A DNA stretch of 35,813 bases, taken from IMG/VR virus record IMGVR_UViG_3300045988_082386; one strand, 5' to 3'. The DNA is from a virus. The number at the start of each line of letters is the position of its first letter. Positions within the stretch are counted from its first letter, which is position 1. Shown in pieces: positions 8,086 to 16,192 of the stretch. Under the pieces are notes generated by a model. That model ran no database searches. It was not told where the DNA came from and saw only the letters and a list, made by a program, of their open reading frames with translations. A program made the position numbers and the translations under genes.

Positions 8086-11000
8086 TTAATTATTCCAAAC
8101 CGGTCTACCGGTTTTTCTCTTTTCCTGAATAACTTCCTGTTTAACCATATTGAATACACCCTTTGAATTTTGTTGTACTACTATTTGAATAGTTACACCT
8201 GAAAGAGCACTTAACAGTTCCTGATTTCCTATTCCGTTTTCCTGCTGCACTTCTCTTAAGCCCTGCTTAATAGTTTCAAGTGGTGCTTCAATGTTAGTTC
8301 CATGTTTCTGATCACCCACCATTGCAAGAAATGGAGCATTTGGTTTTAATACTGCACCATTAGCCAGCTTAGGAATTTGTGGCACTGCCAATGGGTTTTC
8401 ATTCCACAATTTCTTAAAAGGATGCCATTTCATAATCTTTACATCTCTTATCATGTTAAGCATTTTATTAATGGCATTAAACGGTTTACTTATAATAAAA
8501 TTAATTCCGCTAATAAGAGCATTTACTACAGTCTTAAACACAGATGTTATTCCTTCTTTTATTCCTGTAAATACTTTTCCACCCTTGCAAAATACATCTT
8601 TCACTGCTTTCCATGCACCACTAAATGTATTTTTAAACCAATTTCCTACGTGTGAAAAAGCTCCCTTGATTCCATTCCACACCTTAACAAAAAATGCTCC
8701 CGGATTCTTCCAAATTTCCTTAATGGATTCAAGTGCTGAAAAGAATGATTTTTTAAAGAATTCTCTTACTCCTGATGCTCCCGCAAATACATTCCTGATT
8801 AATTCCCATGCTTTTTTTAGAATTGTAAAAATACCTGATGCTACATTTTTTATGACGGATGAAATTTTGCTACAAATTGCAATTATTATACTTTTGACAA
8901 AATCCATTGCAATTTTAATAACATTCTTTATTCCATCAAAAACACTGCCAAATATTTCCTTTATTCCATCCCAAGCCTTTTGCCAATCACCTGTAAATAT
9001 TCCAACAATGAAATCAATTATTCCGTTAATTACATTCATAAGTGTTGTAATAGCTACACTTATAAAACTAATAACAGTTTTCACTTTTATCCATATAAAC
9101 TCAATTGTTGGACCAAGTTTTGCCATCATATTCTGTATAATCCATCCAATGATAGGTGATAAAAAGTTAAACAACTTTCCTGTTGCATCAATAATTCTGC
9201 CAATAAATCCTACTACACTTCCTACTAACGGCTTTATGTAAGTATTTAAAAGATCTGATATTCCATCTGCAACTCTATCAAAAACAGGTGCAATATACGA
9301 TTCGTAACCATCAATAACATATGACAAAATTGTTGATAATCCGGAACCTATATTGTCAAATGCAGGTTTAACATATTCGTCATAATTGCTCTGTATAATT
9401 TGAAAAACTCCCTGAATATACTCTTTTATTCCACCAACAACTTCCTTAATCGGTGCAAGAGTATCGCTTATTGCATTTTTTATTTCATCTTTATTTTCAA
9501 TAATTGGTGTAGTAATTGCTGATAAAACATCTCTTCCGATTTTTTCACACAGAACGTACAATTCTAATCCAGCAGTTGTGAATATTGCTAATATATCAGC
9601 TACAATCTGCTGTGCATCATCACCTTCAAACACTGTAAATATATCTGCTATAGCTTCAAAGAAATTGCCCCATATAGTGGCTCTCTCGGATGAAATATTA
9701 AATATCTCTACTAATTTAGTTTTTATAAAATCTTTGTTTTGGTCAAGGAACTTATTAACTCCACCAATCAACATTGTTGCAATGCTAACTCCAATGGATG
9801 CAATTGAGCCTAATATTCTACCGAAATTATATATAATGGTATCTACCCAATTACTTGCAGCGTTTACTACTTCCGGGTCAGTAAAGATCTCTTTTAAATT
9901 ACTTCCTATGTTCTTTAGATAACCTAAAATCTTATCAAAGCCATCACTTTTAAAACCAAGACTAAATCCTGCTCCAAATAACTTTGCAAGTTTTTTGAAT
10001 TTATTTAATACAGTGGATAATAACTTATCCATCTTTCCTAAAGCACCACTACTTGCATCTATACCTTTTGTTGCGTCAGACATTCCTGCAATTGCACTGG
10101 CACCACCTGAACCTGAATCATCACTATCTGATGAACTGTCTTGTTGCTTTACATTTAACTGGTCAAAACTTGCAAGACTTTTCGCAGCTTTAGCAGCTTT
10201 CTTTGTCGCTTTAGTAAGATTATTTACTCCTGATGTTGCACTATCAGAATTATCTGAAGCTTTTGCTAATTCATCACTTGTAGTTTTAACTGATGATTCT
10301 TCACTTGACTTATTGCCTGTTATCATATCTGTAAAAGATTTAAACGCACTAGCTAAAGCACTTAATTTTCCGAGTAATGTATTGATTAATTTTAAGACCG
10401 GTGTAAATACATTTATTAATCCTTGTCCTATACTAGCTTTTAAGCTATCCATCTGTAATGAAAGTATTCTTGTTTGGTTTGCCCAACTATCTGATGTTCT
10501 TGCAAAGTCTCCTGAGGCATCAGCTAACTTACTCTGTACAAACGAATATCTTAATGCAACTTTCTCCTGCTCTGACATTTTATCAGTTGTCTTACCAAAT
10601 CCATTTTGTAACGCATACTGATCTAATGCTGTTTGTGTCATTACAACACCTAAATCTTTTAGGGATTCAGTCTCACCAGTGAATACTGACTTAAGCTTTG
10701 TATAGGCTTCATCCTGACTAATATTATAAAAAGATGCAACATCACCGGATAATCCTGTTAAAGTTGTACTCATATCTGCTGCTTCTTTTTCAGAAAAGCC
10801 AAATGATTTTGACATAGAGCCAAATGTACCCGCATATCTTTTAGCCATTGTTTCTGATAAACCAAACTGCGTAGCTGCGTTCTTTGCGAATTTATCAATT
10901 GTTCCACTCATCTTAGGAAAGGCTACATCAACTACGTTTTGAACTTCAGTTAAATCAGAACCAAGTTCTATACACTCTTTTCCAAAATCAATAGTCTTTT

Positions 11001-11130
11001 TAATTGCAAATGCTCCAGCTATTGCTGCACCAACTTTTTTCGCAACTCCCATAAGTCCATTCAATTGTGAATTGACACCTTGCGAGTTCAATTTCAAGTC
11101 AAGAGCAACTGTTCCCACGCTTTGAGCCAT
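8086..11130 (-). CDS. Tail tape measure protein
   Basis: 1014 aa. The N-terminal region resembles the TP901-family TMP core (GLSETMAKRYAGTFGSM..., DLGVVMTQTALDQYAL). It has long hydrophobic/Gly-rich repeats and sits after the chaperone pair. Confidence 0.92.
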   Translation of the reverse strand: MAQSVGTVALDLKLNSQGVNSQLNGLMGVAKKVGAAIAGAFAIKKTIDFGKECIELGSDLTEVQNVVDVAFPKMSGTIDKFAKNAATQFGLSETMAKRYAGTFGSMSKSFGFSEKEAADMSTTLTGLSGDVASFYNISQDEAYTKLKSVFTGETESLKDLGVVMTQTALDQYALQNGFGKTTDKMSEQEKVALRYSFVQSKLADASGDFARTSDSWANQTRILSLQMDSLKASIGQGLINVFTPVLKLINTLLGKLSALASAFKSFTDMITGNKSSEESSVKTTSDELAKASDNSDSATSGVNNLTKATKKAAKAAKSLASFDQLNVKQQDSSSDSDDSGSGGASAIAGMSDATKGIDASSGALGKMDKLLSTVLNKFKKLAKLFGAGFSLGFKSDGFDKILGYLKNIGSNLKEIFTDPEVVNAASNWVDTIIYNFGRILGSIASIGVSIATMLIGGVNKFLDQNKDFIKTKLVEIFNISSERATIWGNFFEAIADIFTVFEGDDAQQIVADILAIFTTAGLELYVLCEKIGRDVLSAITTPIIENKDEIKNAISDTLAPIKEVVGGIKEYIQGVFQIIQSNYDEYVKPAFDNIGSGLSTILSYVIDGYESYIAPVFDRVADGISDLLNTYIKPLVGSVVGFIGRIIDATGKLFNFLSPIIGWIIQNMMAKLGPTIEFIWIKVKTVISFISVAITTLMNVINGIIDFIVGIFTGDWQKAWDGIKEIFGSVFDGIKNVIKIAMDFVKSIIIAICSKISSVIKNVASGIFTILKKAWELIRNVFAGASGVREFFKKSFFSALESIKEIWKNPGAFFVKVWNGIKGAFSHVGNWFKNTFSGAWKAVKDVFCKGGKVFTGIKEGITSVFKTVVNALISGINFIISKPFNAINKMLNMIRDVKIMKWHPFKKLWNENPLAVPQIPKLANGAVLKPNAPFLAMVGDQKHGTNIEAPLETIKQGLREVQQENGIGNQELLSALSGVTIQIVVQQNSKGVFNMVKQEVIQEKRKTGRPVWNN

Positions 11131-11153
11131 ATATTTTTCCCTCCTCTCCTAAT

Positions 11154-11489
11154 TTATTTAAAAACAATAGCTTCTGAATTAAGTCCTGCCATTTCAAGAA
11201 ATACCTTTTCAAATTCTATTGTGGCTTTTTCTGCCTCTCTCTTATCCATTTGCTTAACATTTCTATTTCTCCAGTCACTTCGAATTTTTCTCTGTTCAGC
11301 AGTAAAATTTTTAAGCATGTCCTTATCATCTTCTGCCCTAATTGCAACTATTCTTCCAAGAATTGTATCAGGACCTATTCCCACAAGCAGGCTTCGAAAT
11401 TCACTCCATTTCATTTCTTTTATGTCGGCAATTCTTAATCCATACTGTGTAGTAAAAGAAGCCACTATTAAGTCAAAATCATCAATCAA
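11154..11489 (-). CDS. Tail assembly chaperone, downstream (T-like) frame; Gp15-like
   Basis: FTTQYGLRI...MKWSEFRSLLVGIGPDTILGRIVAIR resembles the phage Gp15 family. The only start is TTG. The frame stays open upstream into the 3' end of the preceding chaperone ORF, in the -1 register. Confidence 0.65.
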   Translation of the reverse strand: MIDDFDLIVASFTTQYGLRIADIKEMKWSEFRSLLVGIGPDTILGRIVAIRAEDDKDMLKNFTAEQRKIRSDWRNRNVKQMDKREAEKATIEFEKVFLEMAGLNSEAIVFK

Positions 11490-11503
11490 ATCATAGAACG
11501 GAT

Positions 11504-11800
11504 CTACTCCCCCGATTCTTCTTCCTCATTACCCATAATCACAGAAATAGTTGTCATTACAACTGTCTGAAAATCTTTAAAGCTCAGCTTCATATTCATT
11601 AACTTTTTATGAGATTCCTTAGTGAATATAATTTCACACATTTTAATTACATCCTCTGCTGTTGGATTATCAGATACAAGACCTAACACCTTTAACATAT
11701 TTTCTGCTGACGCATCAGCTTCAAGTTCTGCATCCTTAATCTTAATCTTTGGGTTTTCTTCAAAATCTAATTTATCTGTTATATCTACTACTTTTGACAT
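11504..11800 (-). CDS. Tail assembly chaperone (G-like)
   Basis: An acidic small protein between the major tail protein and the TMP. The start is set to ATG 11800, which has SD GGAGGA 7 nt upstream; the ORF-track start at 11836 lies inside the upstream terminator. Confidence 0.65.
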   Translation of the reverse strand: MSKVVDITDKLDFEENPKIKIKDAELEADASAENMLKVLGLVSDNPTAEDVIKMCEIIFTKESHKKLMNMKLSFKDFQTVVMTTISVIMGNEEEESGE

Positions 11801-11812
11801 ATTAATTCCTCC

Positions 11813-11853
11813 TAAAAAAATAGAGCAAGCTAACACTATTGCTAACCTGCTCT
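11813..11853 (-). terminator. Intrinsic (attenuating) terminator after major tail protein gene
   Basis: On the minus strand, AGAGCAGG-N16-CTTGCTCT is followed by ATTTTTTT. The one G.U pair is valid only on the minus strand. Confidence 0.55.
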
Positions 11854-11869
11854 TTATTATTCCAACAAA

Positions 11870-12304
11870 TTAAATTGCCGGTGTAATTGTTGGCTTTCCG
11901 TTTGACATTACATCAAATTCCAACGGTGCAACATTTGTACTATCTGCTGCTCCCAATGCTGTAATATTAAATACAGCCCCCTCAATAAGCACTTTTGTAC
12001 CATCAGGGAATGTCCACTGAAAAATTCCTTCTGCATCTCTTCCGTTTTTAAATGATTTACTGGCTACATAATCATTACCTGCATCTCCAACATTTCTTTT
12101 ACCGGAAACTGAAATAGTCATTCCTTTAGCCGTCATTAATCTTCTTATCCAGCCGTCTGTATTCATTGGAGTCCATTCTTCAACACCATTGTCAAATGAA
12201 ACTGAAAAAGATTCCATGTCAGCAATATCAGATAAACTTGACGAATCTGCACCTACCTGAAACTGATTCTCATACACCGGATAAACACCTGGTTTCTTTG
12301 CCAT
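11870..12304 (-). CDS. Major tail protein
   Basis: 144 aa with a TP901-1/phi13-like pattern (FQVG...WTPMNTDGW...GKRNVGDAGN). SD GGAAGGAG is present. It lies upstream of the chaperones. Confidence 0.8.
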   Translation of the reverse strand: MAKKPGVYPVYENQFQVGADSSSLSDIADMESFSVSFDNGVEEWTPMNTDGWIRRLMTAKGMTISVSGKRNVGDAGNDYVASKSFKNGRDAEGIFQWTFPDGTKVLIEGAVFNITALGAADSTNVAPLEFDVMSNGKPTITPAI

Positions 12305-12318
12305 TTTATTGCTCCTTC

Positions 12319-12708
12319 CTATATTTTGTAATAAATATTCAATTCAATTACCCTTTCATATATTCCCTTATCATCAGTACCAACATCAATAGGCTCTGAT
12401 GATAACATTTCTATGTAGGGTATTTCTATATTGTTAATAACCACATCTCTTGATTCACTTATTTTTCTATAAAGGTCATATGCCTGACGTTCTGTATCGT
12501 TTGCATCATTATTCCAATGAAGCAGTATTGAAATAGGCTTTATATCGTAACTCTCCAAACCGCCTATACATTTTCTAGGTGTTCTATTAGCGTTTAACTG
12601 ATAAACACCTATAGACTTATCCAACTTATTATCCAGCTTTCCCATATAATAATGTTCAGCAAGATTAAATTGTTTAAGCCAATCCTTAACATCATTTAAA
12701 AATAACAT
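12319..12708 (-). CDS. Tail terminator / head-tail joining protein
   Basis: Assigned by synteny as the last of four small connector genes. SD GGAGG is present, and the TAATG overlap with the upstream gene suggests coupling. Confidence 0.55.
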   Translation of the reverse strand: MLFLNDVKDWLKQFNLAEHYYMGKLDNKLDKSIGVYQLNANRTPRKCIGGLESYDIKPISILLHWNNDANDTERQAYDLYRKISESRDVVINNIEIPYIEMLSSEPIDVGTDDKGIYERVIELNIYYKI

Positions 12709-13091
12709 TATAGGCCTCCGTTTCTTCTATACAGTTCTTTGAATGTTTCAACTGCAAAATTTTGCTTTTTGCCTTTTGGAAGATAGTCCTCAAACCATTT
12801 TCCACTTGCATTAGCATTTTCTGCAGTATTAAAATTATATTCCGGATGGTAATATAATCTTCTCGCATACGGGGTAGATGATACGATTTGAACTTCACCT
12901 TTGCTACTTCCATCATAATCTACAAACGTAGCAGTATTTTGAAGTGTACCTTTATCAAAAGGCATTATTCCTGCCTGTTTAATATCTGACTGTATTGCAT
13001 CTGCAGTTTGTTCTAACGATACGATTGCAGCCTTATTCAGCTTGTTAATTACACCTTTATTCAATTTAATTACTGATTTTGCATTTAACAT
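12708..13091 (-). CDS. Head-tail joining protein (HK97 gp10-like / minor capsid family)
   Basis: Assigned by synteny. The PYARRLYYHPEYNF motif is typical of gp10-like tail-completion proteins. SD GGAG is present. Confidence 0.55.
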   Translation of the reverse strand: MLNAKSVIKLNKGVINKLNKAAIVSLEQTADAIQSDIKQAGIMPFDKGTLQNTATFVDYDGSSKGEVQIVSSTPYARRLYYHPEYNFNTAENANASGKWFEDYLPKGKKQNFAVETFKELYRRNGGL

Positions 13092-13430
13092 CTAATTCAA
13101 CTCCAATACTGTAAAATTAACTGTCCCATCAGGATTTCGTGACTTTGTTCCTTTATAAATTGTTCTTTTAACTCCATGAACTTCAACATATCCACCACTT
13201 ATAATCGCCTGTCTAGGACATATATCACCATTAAAATAAGCTTTACCTGATAGAGTTACAATCTTTTGTTCAGCAGTTAGTTTGGTGTACGCATTATCCT
13301 GATAATTACACTTTAATTCTTCATTACTAACGATAATTGGAGAACCGGTTTCTGATACACCTTCACCATAAATTACCACTGTAATATCTGTTTGACATAT
13401 TCTGTCTGGAACTAATTTAGGATATTTCAT
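13092..13430 (-). CDS. Head closure / head-tail adaptor protein
   Basis: Assigned by synteny. The start is moved to ATG 13430, directly after the upstream TAG, with GGTAGGTG 6 nt upstream. Confidence 0.5.
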   Translation of the reverse strand: MKYPKLVPDRICQTDITVVIYGEGVSETGSPIIVSNEELKCNYQDNAYTKLTAEQKIVTLSGKAYFNGDICPRQAIISGGYVEVHGVKRTIYKGTKSRNPDGTVNFTVLELN

Positions 13431-13431
13431 G

Positions 13432-13821
13432 CTATACACCTACCAATCTGCAACATAAACCTGTTTGCTCTAAAAGTGAGTACAAATCTCTTTGAATTGC
13501 AACTCCACTTTCAATGTGAATATTCCATGTACTACCAATACTCATTGATACTCCATTTATAGAATAACTTGAAAGTACAGATGAAATTAAATCTTGATTT
13601 TCGTACTCAAAGTCTGCCTGTCTACATACAACCTCGCAGATAATTTCTTTTTGAAACTCTGTCAGGTTATCAAATCCATATTTTCTAATTCTGTTATAAG
13701 TCAGTGAATCAATGTGTCTGCTTGCCTGTCTTAATTTATTAAGCACATCCTCTTGTGGAATGCTTTTTAAATCAGACAATTCCAAATAGTCATTTATGTT
13801 AGCATAAGGGGTATAAGCCAT
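13432..13821 (-). CDS. Head-tail connector (gp6-like)
   Basis: It lies downstream of the capsid module. The F..Q..I..A.C.QA.. pattern is typical of gp6-like connector proteins. SD GGGGGTGA is present. Confidence 0.55.
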   Translation of the reverse strand: MAYTPYANINDYLELSDLKSIPQEDVLNKLRQASRHIDSLTYNRIRKYGFDNLTEFQKEIICEVVCRQADFEYENQDLISSVLSSYSINGVSMSIGSTWNIHIESGVAIQRDLYSLLEQTGLCCRLVGV

Positions 13822-13832
13822 AGGCTCACCCC

Positions 13833-14153
13833 CTATTCAGCACTTTTGATTTTCTTGATAATTCCATCTTTTGATGTGGCATTACCTAAATCAATGTTGT
13901 GCTCTGTAGCATAGGCTTTTAAATCCTCAATTTCCATTGAAGAGTATTTATCGCCTTTAACTTTTTCAAGCTGAGACTTTAATTCGTCTCTTTCCTTAAC
14001 TACCTGCTCATATTCAGAGTATGGAACTGTAGCTTTAGGTGAACGCTTTAAAATTTTTCCTTCTTCATCAAAAATGTCATATCCCATTGAAAGGTATGAT
14101 TCCATTTCAATTTCAGAAACTGTATAAACTTTATTGTCTTTTCTAGCTGTCAT
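13833..14153 (-). CDS. Small head-associated protein with C-terminal HeH/Rho-N-like motif
   Basis: The start is set to ATG 14153 (SD AGGAG), located after the capsid stop. The C-terminal IEDLKAYATEHNIDLGNATSKDGIIKKI resembles a Rho-N/HeH helix-extension-helix. Confidence 0.55.
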   Translation of the reverse strand: MTARKDNKVYTVSEIEMESYLSMGYDIFDEEGKILKRSPKATVPYSEYEQVVKERDELKSQLEKVKGDKYSSMEIEDLKAYATEHNIDLGNATSKDGIIKKIKSAE

Positions 14154-14167
14154 TCCTATTCTCCTTT

Positions 14168-15064
14168 CTAAGCTGCTGCTGTGTGAATAATACAACCATC
14201 TTTTAAAAGTTCATCAATAGCAAATGTACCATTGAACTTTCTGTTCTGGTAAACATAGTTGTCAGCAGTTCTTGAATCTGTTCCCGGTGTAAATACCGAA
14301 ATATAGCTATACTTATTTCTAGATACCTGACATTCAGGATCGATTAAAATATAGTCCATCTGAACAGCAGAACCATCTGCCACGCAACCATTTGTAAAGT
14401 TATAAGCACTCTTAAATCTTGCTGATGGAACCTGCTTAATCATTCCAATATCATCAATAGAATGTACTCTTCTGTCAATTCCTTTTGCTCCACTTGCTTC
14501 AAGTGTTCTCTGAACACCATCTGCATTCTTAAGTAGCTTATAGTAAGCTGGTGTGCAATAAAGAATTACTCTGTCAAGTGGAACACCTGCTTCTGTCATT
14601 GCTTCAAGATTATCGTCAAAATCTGAAAGGACATTAGCTGTAGTTAAAGCTTCTGTTTTAACTTTTGCTCCTACTCTCTTAGCTTCTGTGTAAAGCTTAC
14701 TAAATGTGTAGCAGTCAGCTTCAGGAATAGCCTGAGTTGTCTCAAATCTTTTCTGAATATTAGCAACTGCAACTACCATGTTAGTTTCATCAATGTCCAT
14801 TGGATCAATAGCAAACTCAATATCTCTATCATGATCTAAAGTCTTTACTTCATAATCATTTGAATATGTGCCTGCATTAAATCCTAAATTGTTTCTTGAA
14901 TGGTCCTTATAACCACTTACAGATAATTTAGGAATTTTTAAAGTTTTTCCATTCACAATCTGAATGTCTGAATTTGAATTATACAGGTCTACAGAAATCT
15001 GTGCCTGGCCATATAATTCTGTTAAAATGTTTCTGAAAATTTCAGCATACTGTAATACTGCCAT
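14168..15064 (-). CDS. Major capsid protein
   Basis: 298 aa, directly after the scaffold gene. SD GGAGG is present. The IDPMDIDETN...IPEADCYTFSKLY pattern is typical of Firmicute siphophage major capsid proteins. Confidence 0.82.
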   Translation of the reverse strand: MAVLQYAEIFRNILTELYGQAQISVDLYNSNSDIQIVNGKTLKIPKLSVSGYKDHSRNNLGFNAGTYSNDYEVKTLDHDRDIEFAIDPMDIDETNMVVAVANIQKRFETTQAIPEADCYTFSKLYTEAKRVGAKVKTEALTTANVLSDFDDNLEAMTEAGVPLDRVILYCTPAYYKLLKNADGVQRTLEASGAKGIDRRVHSIDDIGMIKQVPSARFKSAYNFTNGCVADGSAVQMDYILIDPECQVSRNKYSYISVFTPGTDSRTADNYVYQNRKFNGTFAIDELLKDGCIIHTAAA

Positions 15065-15077
15065 GTATTTCTACCTC

Positions 15078-15746
15078 CTATTTTTTCTTTATTCCAAAGA
15101 TGCCTCTTAATAAGTCATCCTGGTTTTGATTTTGATTGTTGTTTGGAGCACCAATAGGTTTAAATCCCTGATTATTAGTTTCTCCACTGTTTGCTGGTTT
15201 AAGTGCAGGAACATCTTCTAAAACTTTGTTAATTGCTGCTTTTACCTTTTCAGCATCAACTGTCCCATCTTCTCCTGCCACTTCCTTAAAATCAGCCATT
15301 TTGATTACATAAGGAATTGATTTTGAATCAATACCTAATTCCACAGCCTGTAATGTTGCAGAATTTTCAATAATTAGTTGTAAATTTTGGCTCTGCACCT
15401 GTGCTATTTGTGACTGCATTCCCGCAATATTCGGTGTATTCTTTGCTTTCTGTTCCTTGTAAGCATTAATTGCCTGTGTCACTTCCTGCTGGGACATTCC
15501 CTGTTGCTGAAAAAATGACTTTAGTGCTGACTGCTCTGCTCTTGCAGTTCTACTATTTACAATTCCATCAAGCTGTTCCTGAGTGTATGTTGCACCCTGG
15601 TTATTGTTTCCAGTATTTTGGTTACTGTTACCTTCTCCGGCATTATTGTTTGGATTGCCGTTACCCTCTCCGCCTTCTCCTGAGCCTTCTGCAAAAAACT
15701 GAATGTTCATAGGCATTTTCCCTGTTTTTCTTGTTCTAAATTTCAT
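15078..15746 (-). CDS. Scaffolding protein with L27-like NIQFFA N-terminal (Prp cleavage) motif
   Basis: It sits between MuF and the capsid gene. It has a low-complexity G/N/E/Q tract followed by a helical region. The start is uncertain: ATG 15746, 15716 or 15710. The ORF-track start at 15827 abuts the upstream stop and lacks an SD. Confidence 0.7.
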   Translation of the reverse strand: MKFRTRKTGKMPMNIQFFAEGSGEGGEGNGNPNNNAGEGNSNQNTGNNNQGATYTQEQLDGIVNSRTARAEQSALKSFFQQQGMSQQEVTQAINAYKEQKAKNTPNIAGMQSQIAQVQSQNLQLIIENSATLQAVELGIDSKSIPYVIKMADFKEVAGEDGTVDAEKVKAAINKVLEDVPALKPANSGETNNQGFKPIGAPNNNQNQNQDDLLRGIFGIKKK

Positions 15747-15827
15747 TACACATATTCCTTTCCGTTTTAGCTCGTCAGCATATTCCGAGAGTTTTAAGCC
15801 ATCACGTTTTGGGCATATAAAAAGCAC

Positions 15828-15989
15828 CTACTTATTTGTAGATGCCTTTGGTTCGTCTTTTTCAACTACTGCGCCTAGTTTTAATAAATACTCTTTACGC
15901 TCTTTTGTTTTTGCCTTAACCTCATCCCCTGCTTTTACCAAAGTAAGGTTGTTTTCCTTATCATAGAAATCAATCTTGGCTATTAACAT
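15828..15989 (-). CDS. Small hypothetical protein (53 aa), below ORF-track cutoff
   Basis: ATG 15989 has SD GGAGGT 6 nt upstream. Translation is MLIAKIDFYDKENNLTLVKAGDEVKAKTKERKEYLLKLGAVVEKDEPKASTNK, ending in TAG. Confidence 0.5.
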   Translation of the reverse strand: MLIAKIDFYDKENNLTLVKAGDEVKAKTKERKEYLLKLGAVVEKDEPKASTNK

Positions 15990-16022
15990 TTGTTACCTCC
16001 TATTCCTTTCTTATTTTGTTGC

Positions 16023-16057
16023 ATAAAAATACCACCTAGTAAAAAACTAGATGGTAT
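16023..16057 (-). terminator. Intrinsic terminator inside head operon
   Basis: On the minus strand, ATACCATCTAG-TTTTTTA-CTAGGTGGTAT is followed by TTTTAT. The 11-bp stem has one U.G pair that is valid only on the minus strand. Confidence 0.55.
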
Positions 16058-16192
16058 CTATGCCATTGGCCATTCTTTCATTTTTTTCATTTCTTCTTCA
16101 GATTTTTTTATTGCTTCTTCAATTTCCTCTGGACTTCTGTCTGTTTTTACAATATAATCTCTTTCCTTAATTATGCCAGTATCTCTTTCCAT
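16058..16192 (-). CDS. Small hypothetical protein (44 aa) overlapping MuF 3' end
   Basis: ATG 16192 has SD AAGGAGGGG 8 nt upstream, inside the MuF coding sequence. Translation is MERDTGIIKERDYIVKTDRSPEEIEEAIKKSEEEMKKMKEWPMA. The stop abuts the terminator hairpin. Confidence 0.5.
   Translation of the reverse strand: MERDTGIIKERDYIVKTDRSPEEIEEAIKKSEEEMKKMKEWPMA

Noticed and set aside
8453-9241. 262-aa plus-strand ORF, along with 8377..8655, 9578..9922, 9995..10621 and 10458..10682, inside the tape measure gene
   Set aside because: These are antisense shadow ORFs of a long, compositionally biased minus-strand gene. They have no SD, their composition is Phe/Ile/Leu/Ser-rich and Cys-containing nonsense, and they are entirely nested in a confidently called CDS.
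12692-12916. 74-aa minus-strand ORF overlapping 12708..13091 in another frame
   Set aside because: It is fully nested in the head-tail joining gene. It has no SD, its composition is atypical, and the competing frame has conserved-looking motifs and translational coupling.
15078-15827. ORF-track N-terminal extension of the scaffold gene (start 15827)
   Set aside because: The extension starts directly after the stop of the upstream small ORF and has no SD. It would also bury the L27-like NIQFFA motif about 40 residues from the N-terminus. Internal ATGs at 15746, 15716 and 15710 are preferred.
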